Assembly: GCA_951406725.2 (NCBI GenBank)
Contig: OX597829.1
Coordinates: 48,174,001 to 48,238,000 of the forward strand
Length of the DNA: 64,000 bases
From: Octopus vulgaris
Lineage: Eukaryota
Direction: 5' to 3'
The notes below the pieces were generated by a model, which was not told the origin of the DNA, ran no database searches, and worked only from the letters and a program-made list of their open reading frames with translations. Shown piece by piece: positions 13,909-27,780 of the stretch. How positions within the stretch are numbered: position 1 is the first letter of the stretch; the number at the start of each line of letters is the position of its first letter. The position numbers were made by a program, and so were the translations under genes.

Positions 13909-14805
13909 ATATATCGATAAATATATCATTAATGTTTGTTTTTATGTTCAGTTGCGACAAAACCACTGACTTACCAACTTTGTCACCAGGACATTCAACA
14001 GCATTGTGGCAACCTCCTTCTTCATCGCCACCATCATGTCTTTTTCAACATTGTCAACATCATCTTTCTACTTACACAGCTCAGCAAGCATTTCACCCAG
14101 GTTCCAACAGTTCACTACTCATGAATTATTTCACTATGGATCAACGGCGACTATACAACCTGCATGAACTCCTGTACAAGTGACCCAGGTAGCAGCATTA
14201 CAGCTACGATTTCACGTACGATATGTACCAGTGACTGGCTCAGCATCATGGCCACACATTCTTGATACAGTATTTCAACCACCATGTACGACTGACTACG
14301 AACTGGTATCATCATCTTTCTTGTGTCTATGAACTTATTTCTCACTTCGATGGCTTATAGATGCTTTCACTTTCTTCTTATCACCAACCTTAAATGTACT
14401 TAACACATGTACATACATCTATGCTTATACACACAAAGACATTATGTTCTCATGACGGCCTGTCTATTATTCTGTATATATGACGCAAACACAGACACCA
14501 GGTTAACATATCAATAACTGTTCTCTTAATTATTCTTACACGTTTGTGTCTCTTTCCATCTGGCATTTATGTGTTCCATTCAATTTCTCTCTATTGTAAC
14601 GGCTGTATGGTATGGTACAAACAAGCCATTCTCATCACCTTGCATCGCATGGTCCCTTACAATTTATTATTCTTAAACAAATTTATTATTCTTAAACAAG
14701 AAAATTATTGACAGTTGCAGCCAGTTAAGCCAGGCAGTCTAATGATGACTTCAAAGTTACTGTCAATACTATTCTCATTTAAAGATAACAAATATCAATA
14801 AATAT

Positions 14806-15205
14806 AGGCGCAGGAGTAGCTGTGTGGTAAGTAGCTTGCTAACCAACCACATGGTTCCGGGTTCAGTCCCACTGTGTGGCATCTTGGGCAAGTGTCTTCT
14901 GCTATAGCTCCGGGCCGACCAATGCCTTGTGGATTTGGTAGACGGAAACTGAAAGAAGCCCGTCGTATATATGTATATATATATGTGTGTGTGTTTGTGT
15001 GTGTGTGTGTTTGTCCCCCTAGCATTGCTTGACAACCGATGCTGGTGTGTTTACGTCCCTGTCACTTAGCAGTTCGACAAAAGAGACCGATAGAATAAGT
15101 ACTGGACTTACAAAGAATAAGTCCCGGGGTCAAGTTGCTCAACTAAAGGCGGTGCTCCAGCATGGCCGCAGTCAAATGACTGAAACAAGTAAAAGAGTAA
15201 AAGAG
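14806..15205 (+). mobile_element. SINE family B, full length
   Basis: Closely matches 12831-13250. Confidence 0.9.
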
Positions 15206-15714
15206 AAAAAGAGTATATCAATACTATATCAATAAAACTTTGGAATAGACTTATCAAAGCAATGAGGAAGTTTTATCACAGAGCAAAGAATGATTGCTTT
15301 GTAGTAGAGACATGGTTATCATTCGACCGATTAGGCTTAAATACCCAGATTTTGACTCATTATGCTGGTTTTCTGCAAGTGTTCACATGACTGGGTCATG
15401 TGATGGTTTACACATTGACCAAGTCCATTTATGGAGATTGGATGCTTTAAGTTAGCCAATCAGATCACTTGCCAGACCAGCAAAGCACAGCAAAATGTGT
15501 TGGTTCACTGGAACCCCACCACATCTATAAATAAAGAATTTCCTGTAAGCTAGTGGCAAAACCCTTCAGTTACCATACTTCTGTTGAAATACACAGACTT
15601 TGTTTCTATTAATTTTGAAAATAAGGAAGAAATTAGTAAAATATCTTTGTCCTTATTAAGCTGGTGTTTGGAAAATAATTTCTCATGAAATTTTAATGGA
15701 AAAAGTTGGCAGCT

Positions 15715-16140
15715 GACTTGGCAGACAACCATAAAATTATTAACCATCTTACTAACAATAACTCTGAGCACCTTTTCAAATTTCACCTGTCTAACACCCG
15801 TGGACATGTTTACAAAGTCAGGAAACAGCACAGCTCCCATGACTTTTGGAAACATTTTTTTCATGCTAAGAGTTGCTGAAGCACGGAACAAACTGCCAGC
15901 ATCAGTTGTTAGTTGTGGGAGCACTGCATCCTTCAAAACTTCCATGCTTCCTGAGATTCGCCAACACTACACCTGATTTTCTCCCCTCCATACACACACA
16001 AGCATGTATCTGACACATCATACACTGTTCGCTTTCCAGACATTTATACATTACTGCATATACTTTATACACACTTTTGACAAGTTGTAGTGCACCTGAG
16101 CACTGTATACAATAATTTTATTATTATTATTATATTATAT
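15715..16140 (+). mobile_element. CR1-clade LINE 3' end
   Basis: Translates to LFKFHLSNTRGHVYKVRKQHSSHDFWKHFFMLRVAEARNKLPASVV (TRGHxxK..FFxxRV..NxLP); (TTA)n tail; second copy at 21395. Confidence 0.85.
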
Positions 16141-16143
16141 TAG

Positions 16144-16480
16144 TGAAGGCGCATGGCTCAGTGGTTAGAGCATCGAGCTTACGATCGTGAGGTTGTGATT
16201 TCGAATCCTGGACTGGGCTGCATGTTGTGTTCTTGAGCAAGACGCTTTATTTCACGTTGCTCCAGTTCACTCAGCTGTAGAAATGAGTTGCGACATCACA
16301 GGTGCCAAGCTGTATCGGCCCCTTTGCCTTTCCCTTGGATAACATCAGTGGTGTGAAGAGGGGAGGCCGGTATGCATGGGTGACTGCTGGTCTTCCATAA
16401 ACAACCTTGCCCAGACTTGTGCCTTAGAGATAAACTTTCTAGATGCACTCACATGGCCATTCATGATCGAAGGGGGTCTC
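16144..16480 (+). mobile_element. SINE family E (tRNA-derived)
   Basis: A-box tggctcagtggttagagc and B-box ttcgaatcc; matches 30937 and 25712. Confidence 0.85.
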
Positions 16481-16514
16481 AGAATTATTATATCCTTATT
16501 TTAAATTTAGATCA

Positions 16515-16920
16515 CTTTAACCCTTTTGTTGCCATGTTTCTATTGAAATACTCTGGTTTTGTTCCTCCTAATTTTCAAAATAATAAAAAAAAACTTTAAA
16601 AATTAGCTTTGTTATTATTATCAAACTAGAATTTGAAACATATATTAACACAAAACTTTGATAGAAGGTTTTAATTTAGATCTCTTTAACCTTTTAGATA
16701 TTATATTTCTGCTGAAATACTCTAGTCTTGTTTCAATTAATTTTGGAAATAGCAAGAATTTAGTAAAATAATCATGTCATGATTAAACTGGTGTTTAGAA
16801 TACAAATTAGCATGTAATTTTCATGGAAAGCTGTAATTTTCATCACTTTATAACAGGAAGCTTACATCATAAAACCAGGGGTGGTCTTAGGCGGATTGTT
16901 AGCGTCAAAATGGCTAAGCG
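16515..16920. mobile_element. piggyBac-like MITE remnants (two partial units)
   Basis: ttaaccctttt start; unit repeated from ~16686; related to 47710. Confidence 0.45.
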
Positions 16921-17584
16921 ACAAGCATCCTAGAAAATTAGTTAATTAGTTTCAGATTATTTTCCAGGACAGATTCTTTAAAGAATTATTTTACATTAAT
17001 TCTAGTTTTGTTTCAATTGTCACATTCTTTGGCATATTTCTGTATACTAACACCAATTTTTTTTCTTTTCATATCATTTAAAAATATTTTATATTTGCAT
17101 TTTCCCTCTTTTTTTGTTTTCTTTTAAAGTGATTTTAATTATCTCTAATTCACATTTAGACAATTTTTTGATATCTTTTTATTATATATTTTTATTATAT
17201 ATTTTATTATATATTATATATATTTTATTTTAATATATTATAATATATATATATATAATATATATATATTATAATATATTATAATATATATATATATATA
17301 TTATATATTATATATATTTTATTATATATTATATATTTTATTATATATTTTTATTATATATTTTTATGAGAAAATAATCAAATGAAATAAATAAGTGAAT
17401 TTGCTCATTTCAGTTTAGATTTCATGACAATCCTCACCTATAGTCATGAATGAGGGTAACAACCTGTGGCAGCACAAGCAGCCAGCGCCATATTAGATAA
17501 GGTCTCATGGCAGCCATTGCTATCTCCAAGACTACCTACCTACCTACCCAATTATCTATCTATCTATCTATCTACCTACCTACC

Positions 17585-17805
17585 ATCATAATCATCATTG
17601 TTTAACGTCTGCTTTCCATGCTAGCATGGGTTGGACGATTTGACTGAGGACTGGCGAACTAGATGGCTGCACCAGACTCCAATCTTGATTTGGCAGAGTT
17701 TCTACAGCTGGATGCCCTTGATAACGCCAACCACTCCAAGAGTGTAGTGGGTGCTTTTACATGCCACTGGCACAAGGGCCACTCAGGCGGCACTGGCGAC
17801 AGCCA

Positions 17806-17808
<3 letters not shown>
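17585..17808 (-). mobile_element. Family A repeat
   Basis: Conserved core. Confidence 0.85.
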
Positions 17809-17862
<54 letters not shown>

Positions 17863-17891
17863 ATTGAAAAGCAGCAAAGATATCACAAAAA

Positions 17892-17929
17892 GTGTTACTC
17901 AGAGTTTCACGTTCCTGTTCGTCGGACAG
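17892..17929 (-). ncRNA. Minimal type I hammerhead motif (55752 family), variant
   Basis: ctgt-CCGACGA-aca-ggaa-cgt-GAAAC-tctga-GTA-acac; U4>C and one mismatch each in helices I and II. Confidence 0.65.
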
Positions 17930-17971
17930 TTTTGTTTAGAATGAAACAAAAATAAGGTTATAAGCAAACAT

Positions 17972-18380
17972 ATAGGAGTGGCTGTGTGGAAAGTAGTTTG
18001 TTTACCAACCACATGGTTCCGGGTTCAGTCCCACTGCGTGGCACTTTGGGCAAGTGTGTCTTCTACTATAGCCTCGGGCTGACCAAAGCCTTGTGATTGG
18101 ATTTGGTAGACGGAAACTGAAAGAAACCCGTCGTATATATATATATATATGTATGCGTGTGTGTGTTTGTGTGTCTGTGTTTGTCCCCCTAGCATTGCTT
18201 GACAACCGATGCTGGTGTGTTTACGTCCCCGTTACATAGCGGTTCGGCAAAAGAGACCGATAGAATAATTACTGGGCTTACAAAAGAATAAGTGCCGGGG
18301 TCGAGTTGCTTGACTAAAGGCGGTGCTCCAGCATGGCCGCAGTCAAATGACTGACACAAGTAAAAGAGAGTAAAAGAGTA
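17972..18380 (+). mobile_element. SINE family B
   Basis: Near full-length match. Confidence 0.9.
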
Positions 18381-18749
18381 AATCAATTAATGCATTAAAA
18401 GTTATATCCATTTAAAAAGATTTTCACATTGGATTACAAATACATTTAGCAGCATATGCACATACCTACCTACCTACCTACCTACCTGGAGCATTATAAC
18501 CAGAGCTCTTTTGATTTATGAATTGTCAGGCAGAAGCAGAAAGATGGAAAAAACTCCTTGGTTTCAGGAAAATCAAAACAAAACCTTAGGAATTCTGTAA
18601 TAAAAATATTCCCCAGCCTAATATTTAGGTGAAGGCTTTCAGAGTTATGTCCCTTGGTGTAGTATAAAAAAACCCCGTTAAGTAAAATGGTGTAATAAGG
18701 TAAGATGGAGTGTGTCGGTGTGTTCCAGTTATACAGATGTATATGAGGG

Positions 18750-19320
18750 AGAAGAGGAGAGAGGGAGTAAGAAGAAGACTTAGAAGAGAAGGAGTAAGAA
18801 GAAGAGATAACAGAGAGAGGGAGTAAGAGAAAGAGATAACTGAGAGAGAGAGAGAGAGAGAGAGAGAAAGGGAGTAAGAAAAAGAGATAAAGAGAGAGAG
18901 AGAGAGAGGGAGTAAGAAGACATAAAAAGAGAGAAAGGGAGTAAGAAGAAGACATAAAAGAGAAGGAGTAAGAAGAAGTGATAAAAAGAAGAAAGAGAGG
19001 AAGTAAAAAGAGATAAGAAAAGAGGGAGAGGGAGTAAGAAGAAGATATAAAGGAGAAAGAGAGAGAGAGAGATTAAGAAGAAGAGATAACAAAGAGAGAG
19101 AAAGGGAGTAAAAATAAGAAATAAAAAGAAGAGAGAGGAAGTAAGAAGATATAAAAGAGAGAGAGAGAGAGAGGGAGTAAGAAGAGATAAAGAGAGAGAA
19201 AGGGAGTAAGAAGAAGAGATAAAAAGAAGAAAGAGAGGAAGTAAAAAGAGATAAGAAAAGAGGGAGAGAGAGAGGGAGTAAGAAGAAGATATAAAGGAGA
19301 AAGAGAGAGAGAGGGAGAGG
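18750..19320. repeat. Purine-rich minisatellite (GGAGTAAGAAGAAGA-based)
   Basis: Repeated ggagtaagaagaaga..ataa units separated by (GA)n. Confidence 0.9.
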
Positions 19321-19519
19321 TAGGTAGAGTCTGTTTTATAGGCACACCTGTATGATTCTTCCTAAATGTCACAATGTTGGTTTCAATATTATATAGTTTC
19401 AAATCAAAATTCTTACAAAACAAATTCAAGGTTTGTAGATGTGGAAGATGCTTCCTGGTTTTATATTGATTCTTCCTTTGCGGAAGAAGCTCGTTTCTAA
19501 CAAACATACAAAGCCACAT

Positions 19520-20358
<839 letters not shown>

Positions 20359-20890
20359 TGGGTAGGTAGGTAGATAAATATGTTGGTAGCTAAACAGCTA
20401 GAAAGATAAATAGGTAGAAAGATTAGATTAGATATCTAGAGAGATAAATATTATCCAATGTGTGATTTGAGGGAGAAATTTTACAGCCATTTGTAAAATG
20501 GTGTCATTAATCTTTTCTGCTATAATTTTTATCAAGAGACCCATACAGAAAACATATTCCTATAGTCTAAGTGATAAATATATTTTTATATATAATAGTG
20601 AGATTTTCAGATTTTGCTGCTCCGCATCATATATTTTTGTACCGGAAGGCCCCACCCCGCAATTACCTCTCCCAGGTCTTGATGGCTTTGGATTGTCATT
20701 GAGGGTTCTGTAACTATGCTTTTTCTCTACATAGGGCAATTGATCCCACAGAAACCTGTTTTAGCTTCAGGTTTCCCCTATTCTTTCCCAGAAAATAATT
20801 TAGCTTTGTTTAGTATAATTGACAATGTGATTAATGCTATTACAAATAAGGTAAGAGAGATCTGTCCCCTTCAACGAAACCTCAATACTG

Positions 20891-21123
20891 AAGGCAGCGA
20901 GCTGGCAGAAATGTTAGCACGCCGGGCGAAATGCTTAATGGTATTTCGCCTGCCTCTACGTTCTGAGTTCAAATTCTGCTGAAGTCGACTTTGCCTTTCA
21001 TCCTTTCGGGGTCGATAAATTAAGTACCAGTTACACACTGGGATCGATGTAATTGACTTAATCTGTTTGTCTGTTCCTGTTTGTCTCTTCTGTGTGTAGC
21101 CCCCTGTGGGCAGTAAAGAAATA
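20891..21123 (+). mobile_element. SINE family C
   Basis: ggcagcgagctggcagaa..gagttcaaattc..gcctttcatcctttcggggtcgataaattaagtaccag. Confidence 0.85.
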
Positions 21124-21394
21124 TTAAACCTGTTTTAGCTTCAGGTTTCCCCTATTTATTGTGATTTTATAATTATTATTATATTTCTGCTTAAATCCCT
21201 TCATTTTATCTATTACCTTTATGATTTTACCTTTCATTTGTTGCCCAAGTGGCAAAGGCACCAAGCTCACAGAATCATTTGCAGAATCGGACAAAATGTT
21301 TTGCACCATTTCTCCTGCTTTTTTTTTCCTTTACCTTTTTACATTTTGTGTAAAAAAAACAACTTCTGAGGTCAGCTTTTCCTTTCATCTTTTC

Positions 21395-21700
21395 ACACAG
21401 CTCCCATGAATTTCAAAAACATTTTTTCACACTCAGAGTTGCTGAAGCATGGAACAAACTACCTGCATCAGTTGTTAGTTGCTGAGACATTGCATCCTTT
21501 AAAACCTCCACCCTTCCTGAAATTCACCAACACTATACCTGTTATCCACCTCCCTTCCATACGTATGCACACATATATATCATAACTCATACACTATTCA
21601 CTTTCCTGACTTTTGTATTTAATTCTATGTACTGTAAATACACCTTTGATGAGTTGTAGTGCACCTGAGCACTGTACACAATAATTACATTATTACTATA
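21395..21700 (+). mobile_element. CR1-clade LINE 3' end, second copy
   Basis: Homologous to ~15830-16130 (FFTLRVAEAWNKLPASVV). Confidence 0.8.
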
Positions 21701-21989
21701 GTTGATAGAATAGAGTAACCAGTCAAGTACTAGGATCGATTGTAACCAACAAGGCTTCCCACCATAAATTTCAGGCTTTGTGCTCATAGTAGGGTTGATA
21801 AAATAAGTACCAGTCAAACACTGGGGTCAATGATATCAACTTAACCCTGTTCTCCTAAAATCACTGGCCTTGTGCCAAAATTTAACATCATTATTATCGT
21901 TGTCATGATGATGATGATGATCATCATCATCATTGCCTTCGTGTAATTAGGTTTGTATATTTATTTATTTATTTATTGAAAGCACTTGG

Positions 21990-22295
21990 TGACTCTGTCA
22001 GTGCAGGTGCCACTTAAAAGCATCCGATCCACACTGTAAAGTGGTTGGTGTTCAGAAGGGCATCCGGCTGTAAAAACCTTGCATAACTAACCTCGCCTGT
22101 GCTTGTGCCACATTATAAGCACTCAGTCCACTCTACTAAGTGGTTGGTGTTAGGAAGGGCGTCCAACTTAAAAATCCTGCCAAAACAGTCATAGAAGTCT
22201 GGTGCAGGTTTCTTCCTGGCTGGCTCTTGTGAAACTGTCCCACTCATGCTAACATAGAAGTCGGATGTTAAATGATGATGATGATGATGATGATA
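21990..22295 (+). mobile_element. Family A repeat with duplicated core
   Basis: Two ggttggtgtt..gaagggc cores and a (GAT)n tail. Confidence 0.7.
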
Positions 22296-22384
22296 ATGAG
22301 ATTAGGTTAGGGTAGTCCACATCACTCCTTAAGGAGCCTAGAGTCAGTTTCCTTGGTTTCACTATTTTACTCTTGTTCTGGTCT

Positions 22385-22695
22385 AACAACCCTTCATGTT
22401 TGTTTTTTTTCCAGTTTCCTTGTATGTCTCCGCTGTCCTGTTTTTGTTCCCAGCTTTGACCCTCCATAAATCCAAAATATTATTTTGGTATTTATGGGAG
22501 CAACTGCCTTCGAAGACTCATATTGTCATTCAATACTCGAAATGAGGAGTAGATCGACAGCCGGCAACTGATGAAGGGTCGTTCTTTGTGTTACTTGCCC
22601 TGTTTGCCATTTGTTTCTCTCGTCATTTGCGTATTCAACTCATTTGTTTTCGTATTTCATGTTGTTTACTGTTTGTGATGTCCTGTACCCATATA

Positions 22696-22700
<5 letters not shown>
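22385..22700 (+). repeat. Unclassified dispersed repeat ending at (TA)n
   Basis: 22446-22690 is homologous to 37894-38137. Confidence 0.8.
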
Positions 22701-22733
<33 letters not shown>

Positions 22734-22775
22734 GCATATATATTATATATATATATATACATATATATAATATGC

Positions 22776-22809
<34 letters not shown>

Positions 22810-22815
22810 ATATGC

Positions 22816-23115
<300 letters not shown>

Positions 23116-23339
23116 CCCATTTGGTTATTTATTCATAACCTTTTGCTGTACGATGGGATGGGACAGAAAGGAATGAAGGAGGATGGACAGAAGAGAGAGA
23201 AACGATAATGTAACAACAATAAATAAATAAATAATAAATAAATTAATTAAATAATAAATAAATAAATAAAATAATAAATAAATAAATTAAATAATAAATA
23301 AATAAATAAAATAAGTATTCCTTTTTCCTTTTCCTTTTA

Positions 23340-23740
23340 TTCCTTTTACTTGTTTCAGTCATTTGACTGCGGCCATGCTGGAGCACCGCCTTTAATCGAG
23401 CAAATCAACCCCGGGACTTATTCTTTTGTAAGCCCAGTACTTATTCTATCGGTCTCTTTTGCCGAACCGCTAAGTGACGGGGACGTAAACACACCAGCAT
23501 CGGTTGTCAAGCAATGCTAGGGGGACAAACACACAAACATATACACACACACACATATATATATATACATATATACGACAGGCTTCTTTCAGTTTCCGTC
23601 TACCAAATCCACTCACAAGGCTTTGGTCGGCCCGGGTCTATAGCAGAAGACACTTGCCCAAGATGCCACGCAGTGAGACTGAACCTGGAACCATGTGGTT
23701 GGTTAGCAAGCTACTTACCACACAGCCACTCCTGCGCCTA
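23340..23740 (-). mobile_element. SINE family B, full length
   Basis: Closely matches other B copies. Confidence 0.9.
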
Positions 23741-24229
23741 TGAAATAATTAAATAAGATAAGTATAATGAAATAAGTATAATGAAATAAGATAAAAAATA
23801 AATAAAAAGCACGCAGAAGTAAAGCTTGGTACATTACTAAAATCAGTATTAGTTCCTCAGAAGCAAAGGTCATTTCCGGTGTTTTTGAAGTGCTATTGTC
23901 ACATTTTTCATAATATTGTATAAATAGTTTGGTCACACAAAGTTTTTTCTCACTCTCTTCCTCTCTCTCGGTCTCTCGGTCTATTTGTACTGGACACTAC
24001 TTATACAAAATAATAATTGTTAGCGCTGTGACTAAAGTTATTCCATCCATTTTTGTTGTTGTTGTTGTTGTTGCCTTTTTCTTTTTGTGAAGAATATTTT
24101 TTTTCTATTTTTTAAAAAATTAGTAAAAGAATGATTGCACTGAAGGGGAAATTTTAGCTTCTTTAAACGAGAGGTCAAGGAACTGCTCTGAATATTCTTT
24201 CTTCCTCTATAACTTGAATCTTCAAGTGT

Positions 24230-24600
24230 GTGTTTGAGAGTGTGTGTATGAGCATGCTTGCATATGTGTATCTGTGTGTGTATCTGTGTGTGTGTGTATG
24301 TATGTGTGTGTGTGTGTGTGTGCATGTTTGTATGTGCATATATGAGCATGCTTGCATGTGTGTGTGTGTGTGCATGCGCATTTGTGTGTATATGTGTGTG
24401 TGAGTATGCTTGCATATGTATGTGTGTGTGCACGTGAATTTGTGTGTATGTGTGTGTGCATGGTCAAATGTGTGTGTGCACATGAATGTGCATTTGTGTG
24501 TGTGTGTGCATGCACATGCATTTGTGTGTGTGTATGCACACAGGCATTTGTGTGTGTATGTGTGGGTGTGTGTGTGTGTGGGCATCTGTGTGTGTGTGTG
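24230..24600. repeat. Degenerate (TG)n tract
   Basis: Directly visible. Confidence 0.9.
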
Positions 24601-24824
24601 ATTGTTCTCAAGTGGTTTTGATCAAATATCTACATAGGTATTGGCTTGGCTGTATGGTAAGATGTTTGCTTCCCAGCCATATTGTTTCAGGTTCAGTCCC
24701 ACTGTATGGTACCTTAAGCTGGTTTTCTTCTACTATTAGCCCCAGGTTGACCAAACTCTTGTGAGGGGATTTAGTAGGCAGAAACTAAAAGAAGCTTGCT
24801 TTGTTTTATGCATGTATATATGTA

Positions 24825-24889
<65 letters not shown>

Positions 24890-25047
24890 TGTATGTATGT
24901 GTGTATGGTGACACATAAAAGGCACCTATTACACTCTTTGAGTGGTTGGTGTTAGGAAGAGCATTCAGCCATAAAAACCATGCTAGCATGGAAAGCAGAC
25001 ATTAAATGCTGCTGTTGCTGCTGCTGCTGCTGATGATGATGATGATG

Positions 25048-25088
<41 letters not shown>

Positions 25089-25711
25089 TATATATATATT
25101 TGTGTGTGTGTTTATGTATGTCATGTTGTTTTTGATTTTCACCTCCCCCATCAAAATTATGAGAATGAGGGTAGGAAGAGAACTTGTTAGAAATATGAAA
25201 TATGGGACACATTCTTGAAAGCAGTTCTAGAAGAACAAGAAAAAAGAAAAAAAAAAGTACTGGATTACTGGTATATGGAGGAAGGACAGTTATCTTTTGA
25301 TTGGAGATTTATTCAATCAGGTTTGACTTGGAGATATCGGAAACCAGAAAAAAAAATGCACGTCTCCTCCACATTGCTGTGGCCTCCTCATCCTTTTCCA
25401 TTCCAGCTGCCACCAGGACTGTGCCTCCCCCTCACTTTTCACCTAATGACACCATCCTTGCCTCTACAGCCACATTCACTTGTCCATCTCCACACGCTGA
25501 CATGCTTCGGGAGCTCACTTCCTGTTGTTACTGGTGTTGTCCCGGGAATGTCGTTGCTCCAGCTTGTGCCTTCTGTGCTTGCTTGTTTGCTGGGTTTTTT
25601 TTTTATAATTTTTATTTTATTTTATTTATTTATTTATTTATTTATTTATTTTTTTTACAAATTTTGTAAATAGAATTATCAGCCAACAGAATATATTGAT
25701 TAAAAAGGTTA

Positions 25712-26052
25712 AAAGGGTAAAGACACCCTTCGGTCATGAATGACCACGGGATTGCATCTAGAAAGTTCCCTCCAAGGCACAAATCAAGGCAAGGGTGTCT
25801 ATGGAAGACCAGCAGTTGCCCATGCATGCCAGCCTCCCTCCTCTCCACGTCACTAATGTTATCCAAGAGAAAAGCAAAGGGGCCAATACAACTTGGCATC
25901 AGTGATGTTGCAACTCATTTCTACAGCTGAGTGAACTGGAGTAACATGAAATAAAGGGTCTTGCTCAAGAACACAACATGCGGCCTGGTCTGTGAATCAA
26001 ACTCACTACCTCATGATTGTGAACCCAATGCTCTAACCACTCAGCCGTGCAC
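25712..26052 (-). mobile_element. SINE family E
   Basis: Reverse complement of 16144-16480. Confidence 0.8.
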
Positions 26053-26157
26053 ATTGATTATAGAAAGTAGTCTAATATTAGGGTATATAAACATCCCATT
26101 TTTTTTCTATTACAGGGTTAACATGCCCTAATACTAGCCTATTTTCTATAGTCAATA
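26053..26157. repeat. Imperfect inverted repeat, ~34-bp arms
   Basis: attgattatagaaagtagtctaatattagggtat versus atgccctaatactagcctattttctatagtcaat. Confidence 0.75.
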
Positions 26158-26388
26158 TATTGGGAAGGCTAATAAATCTACATACAAAATTTCCTTCACC
26201 ACTGTTGGCTAATTTATGCAGAATTCACAAACATTTACATACCTACATTATTATCTTTTTTGTTTTCTCTCTCCCTCCTGATCACTCCCTCTCCTTGATC
26301 ACTCTCTCTCCCTCTCTTGCTGGGTAACCATGTATCACCTTTACAGCAGTACACCTGTTTCTGCCCTCATTCTTGTTAATTCTCACCC

Positions 26389-26515
<127 letters not shown>

Positions 26516-26659
26516 TGGGTAACCATGTACCACCTCTACGGCAAGACACACATTTCTGTCTCTCTGCCTCTCTGTCACATTCTAACCTTTTATCATCTGA
26601 CACAAGATGACCTCCTCAAATGACCCGACCCTCCTCATGCTTCCTTGTCTTGCAAGTTA

Positions 26660-26857
26660 TTTCCTGACCCAGCCTATGCTGGTGCCACATAAAAAGCACT
26701 GAGTCCACTCTGCAGGGTGGTTGGTGTCAGGAAGAGCATCCAGCTGTAAAATCCCTGCCAAAACAGACACAGAAATCAGGTGCAGTCTTCTACATGGCCA
26801 GCCCTCAGTCAAACTGTCCAACCCATGCCAGCATGGAAAGCAGATGTTAAACAATGG

Positions 26858-26930
<73 letters not shown>
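26660..26930 (+). mobile_element. Family A repeat
   Basis: Core plus long (GAT)n tail. Confidence 0.8.
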
Positions 26931-26931
<1 letters not shown>

Positions 26932-27349
26932 TTTTGCCCTTGTGGAAAAAAAAAAACACCACCACCACTACCACTACCACCACCACCACTACCATCATCA
27001 TCATTATCATCATTATTGAAGATGGAGAATTAGGGGATCTCTCAACATGCCTGTCTGTCTGCTGGCCTGCTTCTGCTTCTTTGTCTTTCTCTCTGGCCAT
27101 TCCTCCTTCCTTCCCTCCCTCCCTCCCTCCCTCCCTCCCTCCATCCATCCATCCATCCATCCTACTATTTTCCTTGTTTGTCTGTTAAAAGTACTTTTAG
27201 GACAACACTACTACAAATTGGAAGTGATGTGGGAGGGGGGGGGGGCGGTGGTGGCGGTGGCGCCTCTCAGACTCCCCCTCCCCAACCACTATCCTATTAG
27301 TTGAATCTGGAATGTCGTAGGATCCCAATGCTGAAGTGGGTTTAAAGTA

Positions 27350-27780
27350 CTGCTACCACCACCACCACCACCACCACCGCCACCACCACCGCCTTAAAGT
27401 ACTGCTACCACCACCACCACCACCACCACCGCCACCACCACCGCCTTAAACCACCACCACCACCACCACCACCACCACCACCACCACCACCACCACCACC
27501 ACTACCACCACCACCGCCGCCACCACCGCCTTCATCACCATCACCATCACCAAAACCACTACCACCACCACCACCACCACTACGACCTTCAACATTTTCA
27601 ACACCACCACCACCACTATCACTATCATCATCATCATCATCATCATCATAATCATCATCACTATAATCTCCACCAGCATTAGCATCACCACTAATACCAC
27701 CACCGCAAAACACCACCACCACCACCACCACCACCACCACCATTACTCTTACCACCACCAACCATCCCCACCACCAGCAC
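27350..27780. repeat. (ACC)n/(ATC)n compound microsatellite
   Basis: Directly visible; ttaaagtactgct block duplicated. Confidence 0.9.

Noticed and set aside
16144-16220. tRNA genes at SINE D/E heads
   Set aside because: A and B boxes are present but run into multi-copy SINE bodies without a complete cloverleaf
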